A stretch of DNA of 64,000 nucleotides from Phaeosaccion multiseriatum. Lineage: Eukaryota; Protista; Ochrophyta, other classes. This document shows, piece by piece, positions 1 through 12,635 of this stretch. Location: contig OZ218960.1 in NCBI GenBank assembly GCA_965112735.1, positions 620,001 to 684,000 of the forward strand, read 5' to 3'. Below the pieces are notes generated by a model, which searched no databases, had not been told where the DNA came from, and saw only the letters and a program-made list of their open reading frames with translations. The first letter of the stretch is position 1. Every line of letters starts with the position of its first letter. A program made the position numbers and the translations under genes.

Positions 1-899
1 ATGGATTTTGTCAAAAGTCAACGAAGTTTAAGTTACATGCATTGGTTACAGGTGGCGACCGTGGGTATTCGACTTCTCTAACGTTTCGATTCGAGTGGAA
101 GTAATCCAGAAAGCAAAGAGGCAGAGACAGGTAAAGAAGAGGAGCAACTGAGGCATATGTGTTGAGGATTTGTTTGCTCAACGGATGCCCTGGGAGACTG
201 TCGGGCGAGTCTTGCTCTGGGATTAGATTTTGGCCACTTTTTAGCTTTGAGATATTCTTGTCCAGTGTTCTTGGATGGAGCACGCCATTCCTCCCTCCTA
301 GCTACCCTTCTTGCTTACTTACAGCTACTGCTGCTCTTCTGTCTTGGATTTAATGTGCTGTGGGCGGGAGGACCTCTGTGGCGGAAGACACAGAGAGAGA
401 GATGATGGTTACTTGATTTTCGTCTCTTTCCTAAAAAATGATCACCTTGCCTAAATAACAAGCCTTTGTGCCCGCTATGATAGAAGATTGAGATGACCAC
501 TTCACGCCATCTCCTTATGCGGCATTACTCACGATCCCCGCCTCCTCCTGCTCATCTTTGTGCTGCTGCTGCTGCTCGGACTGATGATCTTAATGTACGA
601 ATCGCCAAGACACGGAATTTTCTCGCGAAGAGGGAGACCACACGTGCAGTGGGGGTAAAGAGGACAGATGGATTTGTGCTGAGAGATCGCTCAGACAGCG
701 CTGTCAGGCGCAGTGAGAAGCCTGTGACTGGAGAAGAAGAAGAAGGGAGAGGCCCATACGTAGGTAGCGTCTCGAAGGCCCGGTGATGGCAGGTGAAGAC
801 CAGAGAGTAGGGCAGATGTGAAAGGCGTAACGCTCTGTGCGTTACTGCCTCACTGCCTCACCGCCTCACCGCCTCACTGCATCACCTTCATAGCTCAAG

Positions 900-3800
900 A
901 TGGCGCTGGAGCTGCGGGATAGGCTCGAGGTCCGAGTGTTCGAGGCCAGGGACCTCACCCCCGTGGAGGGTGAGTCCCAGGAGGAGATGAAGGGAAGGAG
1001 AGGAGGGGAGGGAGAGAGGAGAGATAAGGGAGGGGGCATGGGAGGGGGGAGTGGAGGGGACGGGAGGGGAGGGGAGGGGAGGGAAGGGGAGGGAAGGGGA
1101 GGGGCCTTGACGTTGACGTTGACTGTTACCCGATTACCCCGCCACTCACCAAATCAGCACCCACCAACTCATCTATACACGCATACACTCACTCTCCTGC
1201 CTCATGCGCTCTCATATCCGACAAATCCACCTACCCACTACTCCACTATCCCACCCTCTCCCTCCCTCCCTCCATCCATCACCTGCCTCCCTGCCCCTCT
1301 TAGGTGGCTCTGTGAATGCCTACGTGCAGGCGCAGATCGGCGGGGAGAAGCGGCTCACCAAAGTCGTCAACAATTCCGCCAACCCTGCGTGGGGAGACTC
1401 CGATATGATGCTCTTCCAGGACATCGCCTCCAGGTACAGGAGCAGGCGTATGGGCAGGCATATGGGCAGGCATATGGGCAGGCATACGGGCAGGCATATG
1501 AGCAGGCCTATGAGCGGGCTATGGGCAGGTACCAGGGCCGGCTTATGGGCAGGCATGTGGGCAGGCATATGGGCAGGCTTATGAGCAGGCATATGGGCAG
1601 GCTTATGAGGTTACAGGCATATGGGCAGGCATATGAGCAGGCATATGGGCAGGTATATGAGCAGGCATATGGGTAGGCATATGGGCAGGCCTATGAGCAG
1701 GCATATGGGCAGGTATATGAGCAGGCATATGGGTAGGCATATGGGCAGGCCTATGAGCAGGCATATGGGCAGGCATATGAGCAGGCATACGGGCAGGCAT
1801 ATGGAGAAGCATGGGGGCAGGAGGCGGGCATATGGGAAGGCAGATGGGCAGGCATATGGGCAGGGGGCGGGGCACGATGTGACCTCGGGAGGGTGCAGGA
1901 CGAGATGTCGCTCTCTCGCACCCAATTGCCCTTCCCCTCGATTGTCGTCCTCGCGAGCGTGACTTTCACGGGTGGCCCCCTCGCCCTCTCCTCTCGCCTC
2001 TCCTCCCCCCCGCGTGGGGGTGGGTGCCTGACATCACCACCAATACCATCCATCCATTGCCATCTATCCACCACCATCATCCATCCATTGCCATCCCCGC
2101 CCGCCCGCCCCCCCTCAGGGACCTCTCGCACTTGGTCCTGCACATCAACCACAAGGACCACTTGCTCAACGCGGACCGCTCAGTGGGCATGGTGGTTGTC
2201 GATCTGGCGACGGCTCTGCAGTCCCCGGGCATCAGCCTCGACGCTTGGCTGCCCTTGCGCAAGGGGATTGGCATGACCAGCAAGGAGGAGCCCACGGGGA
2301 AGGCGCACGTCAAGGTTAGAGGGACGGGGGGAGGATGAGGGAGGGAGGGAGGGAGGGAGAGAAGGGAGGGAGGGAGGGACGGAGGGAGGGAGGGAGGGAG
2401 GGGGCGAGGGAGGGAGGGAGCGATGGAGGGAGGGAGGGATGGAGGGGAGGGAGCGAGGGAGGGAGGGACATGGGGGGAGGGAGGGATGGAGGGAGAGAGG
2501 GAGAGGAGGGAGGGAGGGAGGGATGGAGGGAGAGAGGGAGAGGAGGGAGGGAGGGGGAAAATAAGAGGGAGGGAGGGACGTCGAGACGCGTACTAGAAGA
2601 ATCCGTAACCCCTTGCGCGTCGCCCCCTTTCCACCCCCTGCCATCCACTGCCATCCTGCGAAGGTGACGTACTTCATCGCCGATGCCAACGATGACATGG
2701 GGCCTGCAGAGGCGGAGGAGGAGGACGACGATGACGACCTAAAGGGGGGTGACAAGGCGCCCAACGCGGTGTGCGTGGTGGTGGAGCAGGCCAGACAGCT
2801 CGTGCCACTGCCGGGCAAGAGCTCTGCAGACACCTTCGCGGTCGTCAAGTGTGCTGGCAAGAGCAAGCAGAGCAAAGTCGTCAAGAAGGATCTCAGTCCG
2901 CGGGTAAGAAAAGGGGGAGCGCAACGCAGGGATTCATTCGTGGGAATCCACCTAAGAATTACGTAAATTACGTAATTGTGTTGTGTGTGGCGTGTGGTGT
3001 GTGTGTGGGGAAGAGGAGGCAGCGATCGTAAGTAGAGTACTACGAAGTAGTAAGCAAGTGAAATGGGATACACTGCCATCCAGCTGTCATACACTGCCAT
3101 CCAGCCGTCATACACTGCCATCCAGCTGTCTTGGGCAAGCTAAAGAGATAGAGTTAGCAGTTAGGCTGAAGGGTGGAGGACAGCGTTGGGCGCCTTGTTC
3201 CGTTCGGCGGAGGCGCTGAGCGTTATCATCATCCCTCTCCTTCCCTCCCTCCCTTCCTCCCTCCCTCCCTCCCTCCCTCCCTCCCTCCCTCCCTCCCTCC
3301 CTCCCTCCCTCCCTCCCTCCCTCCCTCCCTCCCTCCCTCCCTCCCTCCCTCCCTCCCTCCCTCCCTCCCTCCCTCCCTCCCTCCCTCCCTCCCTCCCTCC
3401 CTCCCTCCCTCCCTCCCTCCCTCCCTCCCTCCCTCCCTCCCTCCCTCCCTCCCTCCCTCCCTCCCTCCCTCCCTCCCTCCCTCCCTCCCTCCCTCCCTCC
3501 CTCCCTCCCTCCCTCCCTCCCTCCCTCCCTCCCTCCCTCCCTCCCTCCCTCCCTCCCTCCCTCCCTCCCTCCCTCCCTCCCTCCCTCCCTCCCTCCCTCC
3601 CTCCCTCCCTCCCTCCCTCCCTCCCTCCCTCCCTCCCTCCCTCCCTCCCTCCCTCCCTCCCTCCCTCCCTCCCTCCCTCCCTCCCTCCCTCCCTCCCTCC
3701 CTCCCTCCCTCCCTCCCTCCCTCCCTCCCTCCCTCCCTCCCTCCCTCCCTCCCTCCCTCCCTCCCTCCCTCCCTCCCTCCCTCCCTCCCTCCCTCCCTCC

Positions 3801-5558
3801 CTCCCTCCCTCCCTCCCTCCCTCCCTCCCTCCCTCCCTCCCTCCCTCCCTCCCTCCCTCCCTCCCTCCCTCCCTCCCTCCCTCCCTCCCTCCCTCCCTCC
3901 CTCCCTCCCTCCCTCCCTCCCTCCCTCCCTCCCTCCCTCCCTCCCTCCCTCCCTCCCTCCCTCCCTCCCTCCCTCCCTCCCTCCCTCCCTCCCTCCCTCC
4001 CTCCCTCTCTCCCTCCCTCCCTCCCTCCCTCCCTCCCTCCCTCCCTCCCTCCCTCCCTCCCTCTCACCCTCCCTCCCTCCCTCCCTCCGTCCCTCCGTCC
4101 CTCCCTCCCCCTCACCCCCACCCGCTATCCACTGCCATCCTTCCCTCAGTGGAACTTTGAGTGCACCCTGCCCAACGCCGACCCCTCTGAGGTGCTGAGT
4201 GTGGAGGTGTTCGCCAACACGGCCGTGTCCAAGAAGCTTCTCGGGCAGGTCAGTGAGTGTGAGGGTCAGTGAGTGTGAGGGTCAGGGAGTGTGGGGCTGT
4301 GCGTGAGGTGGGTGTGAGGTCGTGTGTGAAGGCGTGCTTAAAGGCGTGGGTACATGGGTGTGCTGGCGGGCATGAGGGGGCGTGCATGCCTGCGGGCGTG
4401 AGTGCGTGCGGGCGTGAGTGCGTGTGGGCGTGAGTGCGTGCGCGTGCGTGGGTGCGTGTGTGCGTGTGTGCGTGCGGATATGAGGTGGCATCCTTACAAG
4501 AGAGGGGTAAACCCGTCAGACTCAGTCAAGAGGAGGATGTCAAGCGTCGAGCAGGCAAATGTGAAGCAGCGCCTAGCCTGGCCTAAACCTTCCCCACCCC
4601 ACTCCGTCCATTGCCATCCCATCAGGCCCGTCTGAACATGGTGGAGATCGCGCAGGCTGGGGAGACGCTGCACACATGGGTGCCGCTGCTCGACGAGGTA
4701 GAGTGCCATGTAATTGATACGGTGGATGGCAGTGGATGGGAGGGGAGAGGGCTTCTTTGTGGGTTGAGGAAGGGAGAGAGACAAGCACAGGCACCTCAGG
4801 GAGGAGAGGTATTTCCTGCTCCCCTTCCTCCCCATCCACTGCCATCCTTCGCCTTTTCCTCAAACCAGTATCCCTCCACCCAACCTTTTCCCGGAATCCC
4901 CCCCCCTTCTCCTGACCAGAACGGAGGCTTCGGCTCCATGGGCAGAGGCGAGGTGCTGCTGGCGGTGGAGTGGAAGTACGACAAAGCCTTTAAGAAGACA
5001 CGCCACGTCATGGGCATGTTGGGGGGTAACGCCGCTGCTCTCGGCCTCAAGAAGCCCAAGAAGGGGGAGAAGGAGCTCTCCGCCCTCGTCGCCGACTTTG
5101 CGTATGAGGTGAGTGAGGAGTCGCCATTTGTATGTGTTTTGGGTGTGTGGGTGTGTGGGTGTGTGCGTGTATGTGTGTACGTGTGTGTATGTGTGGGGGG
5201 GGGTGTGCGTGTGTGTATGTATGTGTCTTTGCGCGTGTTTGTGTGTGTGGGGGTGTGTGCGTATATGCGTGTGCGTGTGTGTGTTGAGGGAAGGCATTGA
5301 CTGATAGGGATGGACTGAAGACCCCACACACTCCACTCAATCTCTAACAAGAACAATTTGCTTATCTCGTTAGTTTGCATAGTCTTTTGTAATAGGAAAG
5401 TATTGACTGAGTGGTAATCGTACTGACCACCGAGTGGCCATACTCAATCACTGCCGCCATCGCAAACTCAAACACGCACACGCACACACGCGTACACACA
5501 CATACACACAAACACACACACATACATACACACACGCACACACATACACACACGCACG

Positions 5559-5596
<38 letters not shown>

Positions 5597-8323
5597 CCCA
5601 CGCAGGACGAGGATGACGAACAGATGATGTCCCCCGGGGGGTCAGTGTCTGGCGATGATCAAGACGAAGAGGGACAAGAAGGGGAAGGAGCGGAGTCCGC
5701 AGAGGCCCGTGAGGAGGAGAAGAGGAAGGAAGAGGAGGCCCGGGCGAAGGTGCTTGACTACCAGGTGAGGAGAGGGCTTCTGCTTCTCAGTCTTAGTTTT
5801 CAGTTTTAAGATGTGTGACCTTTGTCAATATCGAACCTTATCGAGCCATATATATATATATATTATATATATATATGCATGAATTGGACCAAGAAGGGGT
5901 GCTGTGACTGCCCCACGCCAAAAGTGGAACGGAGACTGAGACTGCTTCTTCGGTTTTCGTTCCTAACGTCTGTATTCCCTATTTCCCTCCCTCACCCTCT
6001 CTCTGCCTCTTCCTCCTTCCCTTCTTCGCCCTCTTCCTCCACCTCTTCGTACTGCATCCTCTCTGTCCCTGCTCCTGCTCCCTCTCTGTGTTGTGTTGTG
6101 TTGTGATGTGATGTGGACACAATACGCGGTGCCCAATACCCCATACCCGATACCCAATACCCCGTGCCAGGAGCGGCTTGACTCCATCCGGCCGGGCGAG
6201 TACCAAATGCAAGTCAACATCATCGAGGCAAGGGACCTCAAGGGGGAAGATGCATCGGGCACCAGCGACCCCGTTGTATACGTGGTAAGGAAGGAGGGAT
6301 GGCAGTGGAAGGGGAAGGGATGGCAGTGGAAGGGCAAGGGGCTGGATTGCTGGCTGGATGGCTCATGAATGGCCTCTGCTCGCTCGTTGTCTTCCTCAAG
6401 ATCCACCTGGACTGATTGACGGACTGACTGACAGACTGACTGACGGCCTGCACTGAGCGATTCCGTGCCAACGTGCTCACTTTTTCCTCCGTCTCCCTTC
6501 TCTTTCCCTCCCCCTCTTTCTTGGTCTCTCCCCTGTCTGTCTCTCCTCCTCTCGTCCACCCTCCCTTCAACGCTCGCTCTCTCTCCTTCTCTCCCCCTCC
6601 CCCATCCCTCCCTCCCTCTCCAGGAGTGCATGCAGATGACTAAGCACACGGCCATATCGAAAAAGACATTGTCTCCCGTGTTCAATGAAGTGCTCTACTT
6701 CAACTTCAAGGACCTCACGCAGGACAGCCTCAGCGAGGCCACAGTCAAGGTAGAGTAGTAGGACGCCGGTGGTGACGATTCGTCTTCTGTTGTGACAATT
6801 TGCTTCCTCCATTGTGACGATTCGCTTCCTCTACTGTGACGATTCGACCGCAAGATTCGGTGCCTGGACGCCAACACCTTCTTGCGGGACGAGCTCATCG
6901 GCTCCTACCAATTCGATCTCCTCTCTGTGTACATGGAGGAAGATCACGAGGTCTATAGACAGGTGGGTAGGTGGGTAGGTGGGAGGGAGGGAGGGAGGGA
7001 GGGAGAGGTGAAGAGAATAGCGGAGAGGGACAGGGAGAGAGAGAGGGAGGCACAGCACATGCTGGGAGAGGGGTCAAGAAAGAGAGGGAGACATTGTTTG
7101 AGCGCGTGACAGGCAGGCGTAGCGTGGCCTGGTGATCATCCTTGCCGTGGCCTGCTTATCATCCTTGCTGTGGCCTGGTTGTCATCCTCGCAGTCCGCGT
7201 AGGCAGCTGTCTTGCGGCTCTCTCGTTCCCATGTGCCTCTACTTGCTCTCCCTCCTTCCCGAGTAGGGTGGCTGACCCTGGTCCCGCCCCTTACACTCCC
7301 TCCCTCCCTCCCTCCCTTCCTCCCTCCCTCCCTCCCTCCCTCCCTCCCTCCCTCCCTCCCTCCCTCCCTCCCTCCCTCCCTCCCTCCCTCCCTCCCTCCC
7401 TCCCTCCCTCCCTCCCTCCCTCCCTCCCTCCCTCCCTCCTTCCTTCCTACTTGGCGATGGCAGTGGGTGGCCCTGTACGACACGCTGGACGCTGATGACA
7501 ACGCGATTCAGGGCTACCTCAAGCTCAGCATCATCCTCATGGGCCCCGGAGACAGGTGAGTGGGAACAAACTTATGGATATGCCCCAATGGATATGCCTT
7601 ATGTCAGTCCCACGACGGGCGTCAATTGCAAGTCTCTTCCCTTCATCTCCCCTTCCCTTCCCTTCCCTTCCCTTCCCTTCCCTTCCCTTCCCTTCCCTTC
7701 CCTTCCCTTCCCTTCCCTTCCCTTCCCTTCCCTTCCCTCCCCTTCCCTTCCCTTCCCTTCCCTTCCCTTCCCTTCCCTTCCCTTCCCTTCCCTTCCCTTC
7801 CCTTCCCTTCCCTTCCCTTCCCTTCCCTTCCCTTCCCTTCCCTTCTCTTCCCTTCCCTTCTCTTCCCTTCCCTCCTCTTCTCTTCCCTTCCCTTCCCTTC
7901 CCTTCCCTTCCCTTCCCTTCCCTTCCCTTCCCTTCCCTTCCCTTCCCTTCCCTTCCCTTCCCTTCCCTTCCCTTCCCTTCCCTTCCCCTCCCCCTCCCTT
8001 CCCTTCCCTCCCCTCCCCTCCCCTCCCCTCCTCTCTTTACCATGCCCCCCCTTCCTTTGGTGCTGTGTGTATCTGTGCGTGCGTGTATCTGTTGTGTATG
8101 TGTATGTGTGCGTGTGTGTGTCTGTGCGTGTCTGTGTGTGCGTGTGTGTACGCGTGTGTGGTTACTCAGACAACGCATTCACAACGTGGAGGAGGAGGCG
8201 CAGGAGGAGATGGCAGCGGAGGCGGAGGCGGGAGGAGGCATGATCCTCGCAGGTGTGTGTGCGTGTGTGTGTGTGTGTGTGTGTACGTGTGCGTGTGTGT
8301 GAGAGAGAGAGTGTGTGTGTGTA

Positions 8324-8366
<43 letters not shown>

Positions 8367-10758
8367 GTGTGTGTGTGCGCGCGTGTATGTGTGTGCGCGC
8401 GTGTGGGTATGTGTGCGTGTGTTTGTGTGTGTGTGCGTGAGTGCGTGTGTGTGTGCGTGTGTGTGTGCGTGTGTGTGGCTGTATCACTCTGACTTTCCGC
8501 CACCCACTGCCACCCCTTTCCCTTCCCTTCCCTTCCCCATCCTCTGCCATCCCTTTCATCCCCGACTCTCCCCGCCCCACATCCGCATCCCCATCCACTG
8601 CCATCTCCACAGGCCCCCCTGTAGCGTCCCAGGAGCTCCAATTCCTCGTGGTGTATGTCTTCCAGGCCCTCGAGCTTCCTGACTTCAGCGGCGCATTAGG
8701 GTCTCCGATGGTGAACTGTCATTTCGCTGTCGATTTTGCAGGGAACCCGAGACTCAAGACCAGGACGGTCAAGGTGAGGGTGAGGGTAAGGGTGTGAGGG
8801 GGAGGGGAGGGGGAGGGTTTTTTTGCTTTGCTTTGCTTTGCTTTGCGTTGTCCGCCGACCACCCCACCGTCCCCTCCCCCCCCCATACTGCCTAGGTCAA
8901 GGGCAAGGACGGACTATGCCCCTTCTTCCTTCAAGAGCTTTGGTTGCCCGTCATGGTGCCCACTCACAGTTCGAGAGTAACCGCGGAACTATGGCACAGG
9001 GAGTTGGGCGGGAACAAGTTGCCCATCGCACGCGCCTACTTCGACTTTAACGACATCGACAGGTAAAGTCGAGCTGTTCGAGTGATAATAGTAGAGCCAT
9101 GTCGAGTCGCAAAGTAGAGCCAGTCGAGGAGCAGAGTCGAGCTTGTCGAGTCGATCTCCTTTTTAGTAGAGTTGAAGAATCGACCTGTAAAGTCCCGCCA
9201 AAACCACATGAGCGTGAGCCTCTACCCATCCGCACCATACACCCTGATGCTCTTACACCCGTACACCTCTAAATGCACTGCCTCTGCTTACCAGGCTGCA
9301 CGTGGAGGAGGAGAAGAAGAAGCGCTGGCTCGGAAGCAAGACAAAGACCTTCCCCGGCACGCCCCCACACGTAAGCAATACAGGCATGTACCATCCACTG
9401 CCATCCCTTCTCGACGAGCTTCCTACCCATATCCCCTTGCCATCCCCTGCCATCCCCTGCCACCCCCTGCCATCCCCTGCCATCCCCTCCCCGCCGCCCC
9501 CTGCCAGTGGGTGAACCTGTACGGCGCCCCTGGTAGCCAATCCAAGGGGAAGGTGGCGGAGAGAATGAATCGCTTCCCCTCTCAGGGATCCACCTACCGA
9601 GGCCGGGTGCTGCTCAGCATGCGGGTGGAGCAGCGGCCCAGCAGCAAGAGGAGGAACAACACAGACAAGAGTGAGTGGGGTGGGGGGCAGAAGGAAGGAA
9701 GGAAGGAAGGGTGGGAGAGTATTTGCGCATGAGTGCGTGCGTGTGTGAAGGCTTCGGTTTCGTCTCTCTTCTCCGTTGATAGAATGAGACCTCTCCTCAC
9801 TGAACTGTCCCCCCCCCCCTTTCCTCATTCCCCTCGCTCTTTCCCTCCCCTCCCTTCCCTCCCTCCCTCCCTCCCTCCCTCCCTCCCTCCCTCCCTCCCT
9901 CCCTCCCTCCCTCCCTCCCTCCCTCCCTCCCTCCCTCCCTCCCTCCCTCCCTCCCTCCCTCCCTCCCTCCCTCCCTCCCTCCCTCCCTCCCTCCCTCCCT
10001 CCCTCCCTCCCCCGCCCCCAACAGAGGACATGGCGTATGAGATCCCGCCGTCCCTGATGCCCGCCCTGACCCGTTACACCCTCCGCGGCCTCCTGCTGCA
10101 AGGCAGTGACATCCCCTCCTTCCGCTTCCCCAACACCTCGGGCACCGCTCGTATGAAGGTCGTGTGGCTCTTGCTCTTGCTCTTGCTCTTGCTCCTGCTC
10201 TTGCTCTTGCTCCTGCTCTTGGTCTTGGTCTTCGTCTTGGTCTTGGTCTTGCTCTTACTCTTGCTCCTGCTCCTGCTCCTGCTCTTGGTCTTGCTCTTGC
10301 TCTTGCTCTCGCTGCTGCTACTGTTGGTGGGAATACAGACCCCCTAATCGTACCACTGAACCATCTGTGATTCTACCGACTTCTTGCTGTTTCCAGCGGC
10401 ACGAAGCACTAACCATACACTACCTCTCTCTCCCTCTCCCTGTCTTTTCGATCGATGCCGCTCATCCAGTGTTGAGCTGAGTGAGTTGCGGTAGCGTCCA
10501 ACTAACACCACCCCTCTCTACTTTCTCATGACCAGGTCCTCATCACCGTGGGCTGCCATCGCCTTGAGTACAAGTACAAACGCAACAGAAAGGGCATCGT
10601 GGAGTGGGACCAGGTGTGTCATACGTCACTGAAAATGAAGTATCATAAGTCACTGATAACAAAGTATCGTACCTGCGGTCTCTGACACTGTCTTTCACTG
10701 ACTTATCTCACAGGTGGAGGAGGCGCGTGCGATGGAGCTTCCCTCCGACCCCGCTCAG

Positions 10759-10842
<84 letters not shown>

Positions 10843-12129
10843 GTGTGTGTGAGTGTGGTGTGTGTGAGTGTGTGTGTGTGAGAAAGTGTGTGTGTGTGTT
10901 TGTGTAATTGTGTGTGTCTGTGTGTGTGCATGTGTGTTTGTGTGTGTGTGTGCGCGTGTGTGTGTGATGTGTGTGCGCGTGCGTGTGTGTGCGTGCGATT
11001 CTCATCATTGGCTGCCAGCGACCTCACTTCCAACAACCATTGACTTACTTATCCCAGGTGCCGGACATTATCATCTACCTCGTACGAGAGCTCCCCGAGA
11101 CAAGAGTGAGCTTCGCACGCATCAAGGCCGTGGACGTGCTCCAGCAGCGGTTTAGGGGGGATCCCTTCTGGTGCGAGCTCGTCAGCGACAAGAGCAACAC
11201 GCTCTCGCACAAGCGGGTCGCCGACACAACCTTTCCGGGCAGTTTGCTCCTGCGGGTGGGCTTTGGGAAGGATGCGCTGGCTCGCTCGCAGCCATGGGAG
11301 GATTACTTGAACAAGCCATCAGGCCTTGGGAAGGAAGGCGCGGATGGTGGTAGTGGTCGTAGAAGTGGTGGCGGTGGTGAGAAGGAGAGGGGAGGTCTGT
11401 TTGGGGTCAAGGGGAGAGCAGGGGATGACTCGGACGAAGAGGGGGGGGAGGGAGGGGAGATGGACCAAGACGGGCAGGGGCGGGGGAGAGGCAGCGGTGC
11501 CTCATCGATGTTGGGTCAGAAGACACCCTATACGTTACGTATTCATATCTTTCAGGCTAAAAACCTCCCCAGCTCGGAGGCAACGGGCCTGCTGGACCCC
11601 TATATTAAGGCAAGTCATTGGAGAGGTGGGGAGGGGAGGGGAGGGGAGGGGAGGGGAGGGAGGGGAGGGGAAGGGAGGAGACGGAGGAAGGGAGGGAGGG
11701 ACGGCGGGCGGGAGGGAGGGAGGGAGGGCTGGAGGGAGGGAGGGAGGAAGGAAGGGAGGGAGGAAGGGAGGGAAGGAAGGAGGGGAGGGGAGGAAGGGAG
11801 GGAGGAGATGAAGGGAGACCAAAGCCACTCGGGGCGTGTTGGGGCTGTGCGTACATCCTTTGTGCTTAGGGCCTTCCTCCTTCGAAGGGCCTTCGTCTTC
11901 TGCCATGCCTTCCTCCTGCGAAAGGCCTCCCTCTTGTGCTGTGTGGGTCGTTGGGCTGCTCTTGAAGGCTCCTAAAGGGTCGTAAGGGTCATGAAGGACC
12001 TTAAAGAGGGAATTTCTCCTTGCTTGGTGTGTATGTCCATCTGTCCCACTCCTCTGGACATTGATTGCCTGTCTATCTGTCTATCTGTCTATCTGTCTGT
12101 CTGTCTGTCTGTCTGCCTGTCTGTCTGTA

Positions 12130-12194
<65 letters not shown>

Positions 12195-12561
12195 GCCTGT
12201 CTGTCCGTCTGTCTGTCTGTCTGTCTGTCTCTGTCTGTCTGTCTGTCCGTCTGCCTGGCAAATGCAAGAGACCAACAACCGCACAACCAGCATCTTACCC
12301 TGCAAACTGAAACTCCCCACTGCAAACTACCTCCCAAACTGACACTCCAACTGGCCCAACAACCAAACCAACTAAACCACCAACTGCTCCATCAGGTGCG
12401 GTTCATGGGCCAGAAGAAGAAGTCGCGGGTTGTCCACGGCTCCTGCGACCCTTGCTTCTATGAGACCATTGAGCTCACCGAGATGTTGCCAGGAGACTTG
12501 CGTTTCGCCCCCGAGATACGCGTCGAGGTGAGGGGGGACGGGAATGGGGAGGATGGGGGAA

Positions 12562-12635
<74 letters not shown>

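Noticed and set aside
1-790. Short ORFs 11-283 (-) and 493-786 (+)
   Set aside because: No recognisable motif or convincing splice model. This may be the 5' end of a divergent gene outside the window, but it cannot be supported here.
1440-1862. Regular repeats as a CRISPR array
   Set aside because: The 12-mers are contiguous with no unique spacers, lie inside a spliceosomal intron, and there are no cas genes.
3108-4198. Long ORFs of PPSL/GGRE repeats (also 34266-35222 and many HT/CV, FPSLP and NQPT ORFs)
   Set aside because: They are stop-free translations of microsatellites in introns or spacers, not proteins.
10165-10325. Poly-Leu 'transmembrane' extension of the ferlin exon in ORF 9733-10347
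   Set aside because: It is an intronic (CTCTTG)n repeat after the donor at 10159; the C2 sequence resumes at 10536.
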